Source of the DNA: Escherichia coli
GTDB lineage: Bacteria; Pseudomonadota; Gammaproteobacteria; Enterobacterales; Enterobacteriaceae
Assembly: GCF_002854065.1 (NCBI RefSeq)
Contig: NZ_CP024147.1
DNA: 64,000 nt
Reading direction: 5' to 3' (one strand)
Under the pieces are notes generated by a model, which saw only the letters and a program-made list of their open reading frames with translations, was not told the origin of the DNA and did no database searches. Made by a program: the position numbers and the translations under genes. This document shows, piece after piece, positions 1-11,050 of the stretch. How positions within the stretch are numbered: position 1 is the first letter of the stretch; every line of letters starts with the position of its first letter.

Positions 1-282
1 ACCACGCTGATACATTTCGATCACGATATCACAACCGCCTACCAGCTCGCCGTCAACCCACAGTTGCGGGAAGGTCGGCCAGTTAGCATATTTCGGCAGT
101 TCCGCACGAATGTCCGGATTCTGCAGAATATCAACATAGGCAAAACGTTCGCCACATGCGGCAAGCGCCTGGACTGCCTGGGCAGAGAAACCGCAGCTCG
201 GCAGTTTCGGTGAACCTTTCATGTACAGCAGGATCGGGTTTTCAGCAATCTGGCGTTGGATTTTTTCGATAGTGGTGCTCAT
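1..282 (-). CDS. grxD: Monothiol glutaredoxin Grx4, N-terminal 94 codons; the gene continues past the window start
   Basis: Reverse-strand translation from ATG (complement of 280-282) gives MSTTIEKIQRQIAENPILLYMKGSPKLPSCGFSAQAV... with the CGFS monothiol motif; the frame runs off the window edge. Confidence 0.9.
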   Translation of the reverse strand, partial: MSTTIEKIQRQIAENPILLYMKGSPKLPSCGFSAQAVQALAACGERFAYVDILQNPDIRAELPKYANWPTFPQLWVDGELVGGCDIVIEMYQRG

Positions 283-616
283 TGTCTTGCTTCCTCAAAC
301 TTCTTTACGGCAGTAATCTGACATTGTAGCGGGTCAGTGCGGCATCGGAAAATAACATTTTCATCACGCTTTTGCTATTTTATCCCTTTGCTCTATTTGT
401 TGCATTTCAAATGTTCGTTTCTTCCCTGATGCACGGCAAACTGGCGTATTTATGACCATTTTTAGCTTTCACTGCTGCATTTTTTTGCGCTCGCCAACGA
501 AACGTATTTTTTAACAATAAAAGCTATTAACTTTCTCTTCTTCTATGCATTAGAATCATCAAGTTTTGTAAATCAGACGCAGGCATGATAGACCTGCCTT
601 AACAGAGGGACGCTCA

Positions 617-1444
617 GTGGCGCGGATAAACCGTATTTCGATCACGCTCTGTGCTTTACTTTTTACCACCCTGCCTTTAACGCCTATGGCCCATGCTTCA
701 AAGCAAGCCAGGGAGAGTTCTGCTACCACTCATATCACCAAAAAAGCAGATAAAAAGAAAAGCACGGCAACCACCAAAAAGACCCAGAAAGCCAGCCAGA
801 AAACAGCGAAAAAAGCCGCCAGTAAAAGTACGACCAAAAGCAAAACCGCTTCTTCCGTTAAAAAATCTTCCATTACCGCTTCTAAAAACGCCAAAACTCG
901 CAGCAAACATACCGTCAATAAAACGGCCTCAGCCAGCTTTACCGAAAAGTGTACCAAACGTAAGGGCTATAAATCGCATTGTGTGAAAGTCAAAAATGCA
1001 GCGTCAGGAACCCTTGCCGACGCACACAAAGCGAAGGTGCAAAAAGCCACAAAAGTGGCAATGAATAAACTGATGCAGCAAATTGGTAAGCCATATCGTT
1101 GGGGTGGCAGCTCACCGCGTACCGGTTTTGATTGCAGCGGCCTGGTTTATTACGCTTATAAAGATTTGGTGAAAATTCGTATTCCGCGTACGGCGAATGA
1201 AATGTATCACCTGCGTGATGCAGCGCCAATCGAACGTAGTGAACTGAAAAACGGCGACCTGGTCTTTTTCCGTACTCAGGGACGCGGTACAGCCGATCAT
1301 GTCGGCGTATATGTCGGCAACGGCAAGTTTATTCAGTCACCGCGTACGGGTCAGGAAATTCAAATCACTTCTCTCAGTGAAGACTACTGGCAGCGCCACT
1401 ATGTTGGCGCTCGCCGGGTAATGACCCCAAAAACACTTCGCTAA
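617..1444 (+). CDS. mepH: NlpC/P60-family peptidoglycan DD-endopeptidase with signal peptide and Lys/Ser/Thr-rich linker
   Basis: 275-aa ORF with N-terminal signal peptide (LCALLFTTLPLTPMAHA) and C-terminal NlpC/P60 motifs (GFDCSGLVYYAY ... ADHVGVYVG); sits between grxD and sodB. Confidence 0.85.
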   Translation: MARINRISITLCALLFTTLPLTPMAHASKQARESSATTHITKKADKKKSTATTKKTQKASQKTAKKAASKSTTKSKTASSVKKSSITASKNAKTRSKHTVNKTASASFTEKCTKRKGYKSHCVKVKNAASGTLADAHKAKVQKATKVAMNKLMQQIGKPYRWGGSSPRTGFDCSGLVYYAYKDLVKIRIPRTANEMYHLRDAAPIERSELKNGDLVFFRTQGRGTADHVGVYVGNGKFIQSPRTGQEIQITSLSEDYWQRHYVGARRVMTPKTLR

Positions 1445-1450
1445 AACTTT

Positions 1451-1488
1451 ACCCTGTTGTTACGGCAACAGGGTAAGTTCATCTTTTG
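1451..1488 (+). terminator. Putative intrinsic terminator downstream of mepH
   Basis: Inverted repeat ACCCTGTTG / CAACAGGGT with a T-rich tract a few bases downstream. Confidence 0.4.
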
Positions 1489-1571
1489 TCTCACCTTTTA
1501 ATTTGCTACCCTATCCATACGCACAATAAGGCTATTGTACGTATGCAAATTAATAATAAAGGAGAGTAGCA

Positions 1572-2153
1572 ATGTCATTCGAATTACCTGCACTACCATA
1601 TGCTAAAGATGCTCTGGCACCGCACATTTCTGCGGAAACTATCGAGTATCACTACGGCAAGCATCATCAGACTTATGTCACTAACCTGAACAACCTGATT
1701 AAAGGTACCGCGTTTGAAGGTAAATCACTGGAAGAGATTATTCGCAGCTCTGAAGGTGGCGTATTCAACAACGCAGCTCAGGTCTGGAACCATACTTTCT
1801 ACTGGAACTGCCTGGCACCGAACGCCGGTGGCGAACCGACTGGAAAAGTCGCTGAAGCTATCGCCGCATCTTTTGGCAGCTTTGCCGATTTCAAAGCTCA
1901 GTTTACTGATGCAGCGATCAAAAACTTTGGTTCTGGCTGGACCTGGCTGGTGAAAAACAGCGATGGCAAACTGGCTATCGTTTCAACCTCTAACGCGGGT
2001 ACTCCACTGACCACCGATGCGACTCCGCTGCTGACCGTTGATGTCTGGGAACACGCATATTACATCGATTATCGCAATGCACGTCCTGGCTATCTGGAGC
2101 ACTTCTGGGCGCTGGTGAACTGGGAATTCGTAGCGAAAAATCTCGCTGCATAA
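1572..2153 (+). CDS. sodB: Iron superoxide dismutase
   Basis: 193-aa [39 protein letters not shown]... with Fe/Mn-SOD signature DVWEHAYY. Confidence 0.97.
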   Translation: MSFELPALPYAKDALAPHISAETIEYHYGKHHQTYVTNLNNLIKGTAFEGKSLEEIIRSSEGGVFNNAAQVWNHTFYWNCLAPNAGGEPTGKVAEAIAASFGSFADFKAQFTDAAIKNFGSGWTWLVKNSDGKLAIVSTSNAGTPLTTDATPLLTVDVWEHAYYIDYRNARPGYLEHFWALVNWEFVAKNLAA

Positions 2154-2265
2154 TAACTGATGGCAAATGCAGCATTGCCTGATGCGCTTCGCTTACCATG
2201 CCAACGCGGATGAGGCGTTAACAGCGCATTCGGCAAGATAAATCGCACGTTGTCAGCAACTGTAA

Positions 2266-2296
2266 CGCAGAAGGTTATCCTTCTGCGTTTTTGTTT
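2266..2296 (+). terminator. Intrinsic terminator of sodB
   Basis: Perfect stem CGCAGAAGG / CCTTCTGCG with TTAT loop, followed by TTTTTGTTT. Confidence 0.75.
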
Positions 2297-2298
2297 AA

Positions 2299-3468
2299 TT
2301 AGCTGTTAGCAACGCAAACTGTTTCAGGTTGTTTTCTGGCTGACATAAACACCAGCAATAATGCCAGTCCCGCGACAATCGCCCCCATCACCGGCACAAA
2401 GCTGTATCCCAGCCCAGCGGAAATTACCGCACCACCAGCGGCTGCTCCCAGCGCATTTCCAAGATTAAAGGCACCAATATTGACTGATGAAGACAGACCT
2501 GGCGCTTCACTGGCGACACGCATCACGCGCATCTGTAACGGCGGTACGACCGCAAAGGTTGCAGCGCCCCACACCACCATGCTAATAGCTGCGCCGAACT
2601 CATTGCGGGCCAGGAACGGGATTGCCAGCATAATCACCATCAGCAGCAACAAAAAGCCTTTCAACGTGCCGTTAACTGAACGATCTGCCAGTTTGCCGCC
2701 GAGATAGTTACCGATAGAGAATCCGACACCAATCAGCACCAGCATTGCCGTGACGAACACCGGTGTTGCGTGGGTAATACTTTGCAGTACCGGAGAGATA
2801 TAGGTGTAGAGAGTAAACATTGCACCAGCTCCCAGTACCGTCGTCAGCAATGCAGACAGCACCTGCGGACGCATTAATACCGCCAGCTCTTTTTTCACTT
2901 CAGGTCGTGCCCCTGCACCACCTTTAGGTAATGAGAAGAACAGACTTACCATTGAAATCACTCCCAGCCCCGCCGTTGCCAGAAATGACATCCGCCAGCC
3001 GATGGTTTCACCCAACCAGGTCGCCGCCGGCACGCCACCGATATTTGCCAGGGTTAACCCCATAAACATAGTGGCAACTGCGCTGGCCTGTTTATGTTTT
3101 GGCACCACGCTTGCAGCCACGACTGAACCCAAACCAAAAAATGCTCCATGATTCAGGCTGGTCAAAATGCGTGAAAGCATCAGGGTCATATAATCCGGCG
3201 CGATGGCGGAAAGTACGTTGCCGAGCGTGAAAATTGCCATCAGGAAAATCAACGCACTGCGGCGGGCACGATGAGAAAGTAGAAGCGTCATCAGCGGCGC
3301 GCCAACCATTACGCCAACTGCATAGGCACTGATTAACATTCCGGCAGCGGGAATCGAGACATCCACACCGCGCGCAATGACGGGCAACAAGCCCATTGGC
3401 GAGAACTCCGTTGTCCCGATACCAAACGCGCCAATCGCCAGCGCCAGCAACGGATAGTTAATTTTCAT
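2299..3468 (-). CDS. ydhP: MFS-family transporter
   Basis: 389-aa polytopic membrane ORF; gene order sodB-ydhP-purR. Confidence 0.85.
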   Translation of the reverse strand: MKINYPLLALAIGAFGIGTTEFSPMGLLPVIARGVDVSIPAAGMLISAYAVGVMVGAPLMTLLLSHRARRSALIFLMAIFTLGNVLSAIAPDYMTLMLSRILTSLNHGAFFGLGSVVAASVVPKHKQASAVATMFMGLTLANIGGVPAATWLGETIGWRMSFLATAGLGVISMVSLFFSLPKGGAGARPEVKKELAVLMRPQVLSALLTTVLGAGAMFTLYTYISPVLQSITHATPVFVTAMLVLIGVGFSIGNYLGGKLADRSVNGTLKGFLLLLMVIMLAIPFLARNEFGAAISMVVWGAATFAVVPPLQMRVMRVASEAPGLSSSVNIGAFNLGNALGAAAGGAVISAGLGYSFVPVMGAIVAGLALLLVFMSARKQPETVCVANS

Positions 3469-3632
3469 GCCTTATCTCCACCTCTTCGCGTCATTACGCG
3501 ATATTCATTAAAGTGGCGAAAGCATGCAGCAATCACAAAAAAATGAAAATAACAAAAAGAGAAAACACTTTTGCCATTTTGCTAACAAACAGGAAGGAGA
3601 TGCGAGGGAGAACGCGCTCCCTCGAGAGGAAA

Positions 3633-3722
3633 TCAGTGCAGCGCGGCAGTCAAACCCACGGCTACGATCAAACCGAGGACGATAATCGTTGTTACCAGTG
3701 AAAATTTAAGGTCGGTGCTCAT
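3633..3722 (-). CDS. ynhF: 29-aa single-helix small membrane protein
   Basis: Hand translation of the minus strand: ATG (complement 3720-3722) ... MSTDLKFSLVTTIIVLGLIVAVGLTAALH, stop at 3633-3635; AAGGAG Shine-Dalgarno 8 nt upstream. Too short for the ORF track. Confidence 0.7.
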   Translation of the reverse strand: MSTDLKFSLVTTIIVLGLIVAVGLTAALH

Positions 3723-3960
3723 CAAGTTTTCTCCTTTTTTATTACCACACAAAAAGTGATATTACGCATTTTTACACACTGTGATGAAAAAATCTCCCGT
3801 CATTTATAATGATAAGTGTTTTTACCACTTCCCCTTTTCGTCAAGATCGGCCAAAATTCCACGCTTACACTATTTGCGTACTGGCCATTGACCCCTTCCT
3901 GACGCTCCGTGTCGTTTTTCCGGCGTACCGCAACACTTTTGTTGTGCGTAAGGTGTGTAA

Positions 3961-3976
3961 AGGCAAACGTTTACCT
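3961..3976. promoter_or_regulatory. PurR operator O1 (PUR box) in the purR leader
   Basis: AGGCAAACGTTTACCT fits the PUR-box consensus ACGCAAACGTTTTCNT; 45 bp upstream of the purR start. Confidence 0.7.
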
Positions 3977-4020
3977 TGCGATTTTGCAGGAGCTGAAGTT
4001 AGGGTCTGGAGTGAAATGGA

Positions 4021-5046
4021 ATGGCAACAATAAAAGATGTAGCGAAACGAGCAAACGTTTCCACTACAACTGTGTCACACGTGATCAACAAAACACGTTT
4101 CGTCGCTGAAGAAACGCGCAACGCCGTGTGGGCAGCGATTAAAGAATTACACTACTCCCCTAGCGCGGTGGCGCGTAGCCTGAAGGTTAACCACACCAAG
4201 TCTATCGGTTTGCTGGCGACCAGCAGCGAAGCGGCCTATTTTGCCGAGATCATTGAAGCAGTTGAAAAAAATTGCTTCCAGAAAGGTTACACCCTGATTC
4301 TGGGCAATGCGTGGAATAATCTTGAGAAACAGCGGGCTTATCTGTCGATGATGGCGCAAAAACGCGTCGATGGTCTGCTGGTAATGTGTTCTGAGTACCC
4401 AGAGCCGTTGCTGGCGATGCTGGAAGAGTATCGCCATATCCCAATGGTGGTGATGGACTGGGGTGAAGCAAAAGCTGACTTCACCGATGCGGTCATTGAT
4501 AACGCGTTCGAAGGCGGCTACATGGCCGGGCGTTATCTGATAGAACGCGGCCATCGCGAAATCGGCGTTATCCCCGGCCCGCTGGAACGTAACACCGGCG
4601 CAGGCCGCCTTGCCGGTTTTATGAAGGCGATGGAAGAAGCGATGATCAAGGTGCCGGAAAGCTGGATTGTGCAGGGTGATTTTGAACCTGAATCCGGTTA
4701 TCGCGCCATGCAGCAAATCCTGTCGCAGCCGCATCGCCCTACTGCCGTCTTCTGTGGTGGCGATATCATGGCAATGGGCGCACTTTGTGCTGCTGATGAA
4801 ATGGGGCTGCGCGTCCCGCAGGATGTTTCGCTGATCGGTTATGATAACGTGCGCAACGCCCGCTATTTTACGCCGGCGCTGACCACGATCCATCAGCCAA
4901 AAGACTCGCTGGGTGAAACAGCGTTCAACATGCTGTTGGATCGTATCGTCAACAAACGTGAAGAACCGCAGTCCATTGAAGTGCATCCGCGCTTGATTGA
5001 ACGCCGCTCCGTGGCTGACGGCCCGTTCCGCGACTATCGTCGTTAA
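4021..5046 (+). CDS. purR: Purine repressor, LacI family
   Basis: 341-aa [39 protein letters not shown]... with LacI-type HTH. Confidence 0.97.
4049..4064. promoter_or_regulatory. PurR operator O2 inside the purR coding region
   Basis: GAGCAAACGTTTCCAC carries the GCAAACGTTT core, 88 bp downstream of O1, matching the known two-operator autoregulation layout. Confidence 0.6.
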
Positions 5047-5975
5047 TCACCCGTTGCGGGAGTCTCTTCCGGCTCCCGCAGCCACTCCTTATTCAGCGTC
5101 TCACTATCGCCGAGATACTCAAGCAACCAGGTTAACGCAGGCGACATATCATTTTGCTGCCATGTCAGACAACATGCCGAATCCGGAAAGGGGTTTTCCA
5201 GTTCTAATGCTACCCACTTCCCCTCATTAAGCCACGGTTTGGCGAAATGTGTTGGCACCATCCCTATGCATAATCCTGCCGAGATACAGGTTGCCGATGA
5301 TTCCCAGTCAGGCACGACAAGTCTTTTTTGGTTATCCAGCAACCAGGTAATACGCTTAGGTAGCGTTCGCGAGGTGTCTTCGCGCACCAACGACGGCCAG
5401 TTGCGCAACGTATCATCGCTGAACGGGCCATCCATCAACGCCAGCGGGTGATGGCTGGCAACAACGCAACTCCAGCTTAGCATCCCCATATCCCGGAAGG
5501 CATAACGACCGCCTACCGGAATCGCGCGTGTTGCGCCAATCGCCAGTTCCACGCGCCCGTCGGAAAGCGCATCCCAGACACCGTTGAACACTTCCTGAAA
5601 GACAAGAAGTTCGACATCATCAAAATGGCGATAAAAATCAACGATCATCTGCCGTGTACGTTCTGGCCTGACAATATTATCCACTGCAATAGCTAACTGA
5701 CCACGCCAGCCGTTCGCTATCTGCTGACATTGCTGGCGGGTGATCTGCATTTTTTTGACAACAGAGCGACCTTCTTTGAGAAACCACGCCCCGGCAGCGG
5801 TCAGTTCCACATCACGGTGACGTCGTTCAAACAGCGGCACCGCCAGCCACTCTTCCAGCTGACGTACGGTATAGCTGACCGCAGAAGGAACGCGATGCAA
5901 CTCCTGGGCTGCGGCACTAAAACTACCATTACGCGCTACCGCATCAACAACTTCGAGTGAATATTCTGACCACAT
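5043..5975 (-). CDS. punR: LysR-family transcriptional regulator
   Basis: 310-aa ORF with N-terminal LysR HTH ([27 protein letters not shown]); divergent from the punC transporter gene. Confidence 0.8.
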
Positions 5976-6087
5976 AGTCTGCCTGCAAAATTTTTGAAAC
6001 CAGTCATCAAATATTACCGTTTCACAACACTAATTTCACTCCCTACACTTTGCGGCGGTGTTTAATTGAGAGATTTAGAGAATATAC

Positions 6088-7299
6088 ATGCAACCTGGGA
6101 AAAGATTTTTAGTCTGGCTGGCGGGTTTGAGCGTACTCGGTTTTCTGGCAACCGATATGTATCTGCCTGCTTTCGCCGCCATACAGGCCGATCTGCAAAC
6201 GCCTGCGTCTGCTGTTAGTGCCAGCCTTAGTCTGTTCCTTGCCGGTTTTGCCGCAGCCCAGCTTCTGTGGGGGCCGCTTTCCGACCGTTATGGTCGTAAA
6301 CCGGTATTATTAATCGGCCTGACAATTTTTGCGTTAGGTAGTCTGGGGATGCTGTGGGTAGAAAACGCCGCTATGCTGCTGGTATTGCGTTTTGTACAAG
6401 CTGTGGGTGTCTGCGCCGCGGCGGTTATCTGGCAAGCGTTAGTGACGGATTATTATCCTTCACAGAAAGTTAACCGAATTTTTGCGACCATCATGCCGCT
6501 GGTGGGTCTATCTCCGGCCCTGGCTCCTCTGTTAGGAAGCTGGCTGCTGGTCCATTTTTCCTGGCAGGCGATTTTCGCCACCCTTTTTGCCATTACCGTG
6601 GTGCTGATTCTGCCTATTTTCTGGCTCAAACCCACGACGAAGGCCCGTAACAATAGTCAGGATGGTCTGACCTTTACCGACCTGCTACGTTCTAAAACCT
6701 ATCGCGGCAACGTGCTGATATACGCGGCCTGTTCAGCCAGTTTTTTTGCATGGCTGACCGGTTCACCGTTCATCCTTAGTGAAATGGGCTACAGCCCGGC
6801 AGTTATTGGTTTAAGTTATGTCCCGCAAACTATCGCGTTTCTGATTGGTGGTTATGGCTGTCGCGCCGCGCTGCAGAAATGGCAAGGCAAGCAGTTATTA
6901 CCGTGGTTGCTGGTGCTGTTTGCTGTCAGCGTCATTGCGACCTGGGCTGCGGGCTTCATTAGCCATGTGTCGCTGGTCGAAATCCTGATCCCATTCTGTG
7001 TGATGGCGATTGCCAATGGCGCGATCTACCCTATTGTTGTCGCCCAGGCGCTGCGTCCCTTCCCACACGCAACTGGTCGCGCCGCAGCGTTGCAGAACAC
7101 TCTACAACTGGGTCTGTGCTTCCTCGCAAGTCTGGTAGTTTCCTGGCTGATCAGTATCAGCACGCCATTGCTCACCACCACCAGCGTGATGTTATCAACA
7201 GTAGTGCTGGTCGCGCTGGGTTACATGATGCAACGTTGTGAAGAAGTTGGCTGCCAGAATCATGGCAATGCCGAAGTCGCTCATAGCGAATCACACTGA
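6088..7299 (+). CDS. punC: MFS transporter (purine nucleoside exporter)
   Basis: 403-aa polytopic membrane ORF, divergently paired with the LysR regulator. Confidence 0.8.
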   Translation: MQPGKRFLVWLAGLSVLGFLATDMYLPAFAAIQADLQTPASAVSASLSLFLAGFAAAQLLWGPLSDRYGRKPVLLIGLTIFALGSLGMLWVENAAMLLVLRFVQAVGVCAAAVIWQALVTDYYPSQKVNRIFATIMPLVGLSPALAPLLGSWLLVHFSWQAIFATLFAITVVLILPIFWLKPTTKARNNSQDGLTFTDLLRSKTYRGNVLIYAACSASFFAWLTGSPFILSEMGYSPAVIGLSYVPQTIAFLIGGYGCRAALQKWQGKQLLPWLLVLFAVSVIATWAAGFISHVSLVEILIPFCVMAIANGAIYPIVVAQALRPFPHATGRAAALQNTLQLGLCFLASLVVSWLISISTPLLTTTSVMLSTVVLVALGYMMQRCEEVGCQNHGNAEVAHSESH

Positions 7300-7589
7300 T
7301 CTATATCGATATACTTATACTTAGGCTGCTAACAAAATTTTGTTGTATGATTGAAATTAGCGGCCTATACTAATTTCGAGTTGTTAAAGCTACGATAAAT
7401 ATTATGTTTTTACGGGGACAGGATCGTTCCCGACTCACTATGGATGGTCATTTCGGCAAGGGTTCCTCCTTTCCCTCTGTTCTACGTCGGATTATAGACT
7501 CGCGGTTTTTTCTGCGAGATTTCTCACAAAGCCCAAAAAGCGTCTACGCTGTTTTAAGGTTCTGATCACCGACCAGTGATGGAGAAACT

Positions 7590-8738
7590 ATGAGTTCATC
7601 GTGTATAGAAGAAGTCAGTGTACCGGATGACAACTGGTACCGTATCGCCAACGAATTACTTAGCCGTGCCGGTATAGCCATTAACGGTTCTGCCCCGGCG
7701 GATATTCGTGTGAAAAACCCCGATTTTTTTAAACGCGTTCTGCAAGAAGGCTCTTTGGGGTTAGGCGAAAGTTATATGGATGGCTGGTGGGAATGTGACC
7801 GACTGGATATGTTTTTTAGCAAAGTCTTACGCGCAGGTCTCGAGAACCAACTCCCCCATCATTTCAAAGACACGCTGCGTATTGCCGGCGCTCGTCTCTT
7901 CAATCTGCAGAGTAAAAAACGTGCCTGGATAGTCGGCAAAGAGCATTATGATTTGGGTAATGACTTGTTCAGCCGCATGCTTGATCCCTTCATGCAATAT
8001 TCCTGCGCTTACTGGAAAGATGCCGATAATCTGGAATCTGCCCAGCAGGCGAAGCTCAAAATGATTTGTGAAAAATTGCAGTTAAAACCAGGGATGCGCG
8101 TACTGGATATTGGCTGCGGCTGGGGCGGACTGGCGCACTACATGGCGTCTAATTATGACGTAAGCGTGGTTGGCGTCACCATTTCTGCCGAACAGCAAAA
8201 AATGGCTCAGGAACGCTGTGAAGGCCTGGATGTCACCATTTTGCTGCAAGATTATCGTGACCTGAACGACCAGTTTGATCGTATTGTTTCTGTGGGGATG
8301 TTCGAGCACGTCGGACCGAAAAATTACGATACCTATTTTGCGGTGGTGGATCGTAATTTGAAACCGGAAGGTATATTCCTGCTCCATACTATCGGTTCGA
8401 AAAAAACCGATCTGAATGTTGATCCCTGGATTAACAAATATATTTTTCCGAACGGTTGCCTGCCCTCTGTACGCCAGATTGCTCAATCCAGCGAACCCCA
8501 CTTTGTGATGGAAGACTGGCATAACTTCGGTGCTGATTACGATACTACGTTGATGGCGTGGTATGAACGATTCCTCGCCGCATGGCCAGAAATTGCGGAT
8601 AACTACAGTGAACGCTTTAAACGAATGTTTACCTATTATCTGAATGCCTGCGCAGGTGCTTTCCGCGCCCGTGATATTCAGCTCTGGCAGGTGGTGTTCT
8701 CACGCGGTGTTGAAAACGGCCTTCGAGTCGCTCGCTAA
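7590..8738 (+). CDS. cfa: Cyclopropane-fatty-acyl-phospholipid synthase
   Basis: 382-aa ORF with SAM-methyltransferase motif VLDIGCGWGGLA. Confidence 0.93.
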   Translation: MSSSCIEEVSVPDDNWYRIANELLSRAGIAINGSAPADIRVKNPDFFKRVLQEGSLGLGESYMDGWWECDRLDMFFSKVLRAGLENQLPHHFKDTLRIAGARLFNLQSKKRAWIVGKEHYDLGNDLFSRMLDPFMQYSCAYWKDADNLESAQQAKLKMICEKLQLKPGMRVLDIGCGWGGLAHYMASNYDVSVVGVTISAEQQKMAQERCEGLDVTILLQDYRDLNDQFDRIVSVGMFEHVGPKNYDTYFAVVDRNLKPEGIFLLHTIGSKKTDLNVDPWINKYIFPNGCLPSVRQIAQSSEPHFVMEDWHNFGADYDTTLMAWYERFLAAWPEIADNYSERFKRMFTYYLNACAGAFRARDIQLWQVVFSRGVENGLRVAR

Positions 8739-8748
8739 AGGCTATTCT

Positions 8749-8775
8749 ATCGCCCCCGCTCAGGGGGCGATTTCA
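8749..8775. terminator. Hairpin between convergent cfa and ribC, possible bidirectional terminator
   Basis: Perfect stem ATCGCCCCC / GGGGGCGAT with 5-nt loop; flanking T tracts are short. Confidence 0.45.
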
Positions 8776-8777
8776 GA

Positions 8778-9419
8778 TCAGGCTTCTGTACCTGGTTGAT
8801 TCATGGCATTTTCTCGTGCCGCCAGCACACGTTCTACCGTATCTACCACTGCCTGAGTTTGTGGATCGATTTCAATGTTGACGCGTGCGCCAAGTTTTTT
8901 CTTCCCAAGAGTCGTGCGTTCCAGTGTTTCCGGAATTAAATGGACGCAAAAACGCGTTGGCGTGACTTCGCCGACGGTCAGGCTAATACCGTCGATGCCA
9001 ATAAATCCTTTGTACAGGATATATTTCATCAACTGACTATCCTGGACTTTAAACCAGATCTGGCGATTATTTTCCGAGGTTAATATTTTCGCCACTTCAG
9101 CGGTGGTCATAATATGACCTGACATTAAGTGTCCGCCAATTTCATCACTGAATTTCGCCGCACGCTCAACGTTTACCCAATCCCCCACTTTTAAATCGCC
9201 AAGATTGGTAATGCGTAACGTTTCTTTCATCAGGTCAAAACTGACATGGTTGCCGTTAATTTCCGTCACGGTCAGGCAGCAACCGTTATGCGCCACGGAC
9301 GCACCGGTTTCCAGGCCGTCCAGCATGTGGTCGGGTAACTCCACCACATGCGTACGAAAATTTGGTTTCTCGTCAATCGACACCAGTTTTGCGGTGCCCT
9401 GTACAATCCCCGTAAACAT
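8778..9419 (-). CDS. ribC: Riboflavin synthase alpha subunit
   Basis: 213-aa [32 protein letters not shown]... with the duplicated lumazine-binding fold. Confidence 0.92.
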   Translation of the reverse strand: MFTGIVQGTAKLVSIDEKPNFRTHVVELPDHMLDGLETGASVAHNGCCLTVTEINGNHVSFDLMKETLRITNLGDLKVGDWVNVERAAKFSDEIGGHLMSGHIMTTAEVAKILTSENNRQIWFKVQDSQLMKYILYKGFIGIDGISLTVGEVTPTRFCVHLIPETLERTTLGKKKLGARVNIEIDPQTQAVVDTVERVLAARENAMNQPGTEA

Positions 9420-9612
9420 ACTTACAACTCCTGAAATCAGTTAAGACATTCTGTTCAGCACAATAGCAGGTGGCAAACGCCCTTACCAGTGAAGGGGTAA
9501 GAATGACTATTTTTTCACTGGAGAATTAATAAATCCTCGCTACAATAGACTGAATTTCCCCTGCTTCTTCTTTTTGCTGCCCATTCAGGCGGCTTTTTAG
9601 TCTCTCATATAA

Positions 9613-11007
<1,395 letters not shown>

Positions 11008-11016
11008 TAAAGACAA

Positions 11017-11050
11017 GGCGCAACCTTCACGGGTTGCGCCTGTATTTTTA
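11017..11050. terminator. Bidirectional intrinsic terminator between convergent mdtK and ydhQ
   Basis: Stem GGCGCAACC / GGTTGCGCC with T-rich runs on both strands. Confidence 0.65.

Noticed and set aside
2166-2260. Possible REP (repetitive extragenic palindrome) remnant after sodB (…GCCTGATGCGCTTCGCTTACCATGCC…).
   Set aside because: It resembles the REP consensus only loosely and lacks the expected palindromic partner; the adjacent sodB terminator hairpin accounts for the structure here.
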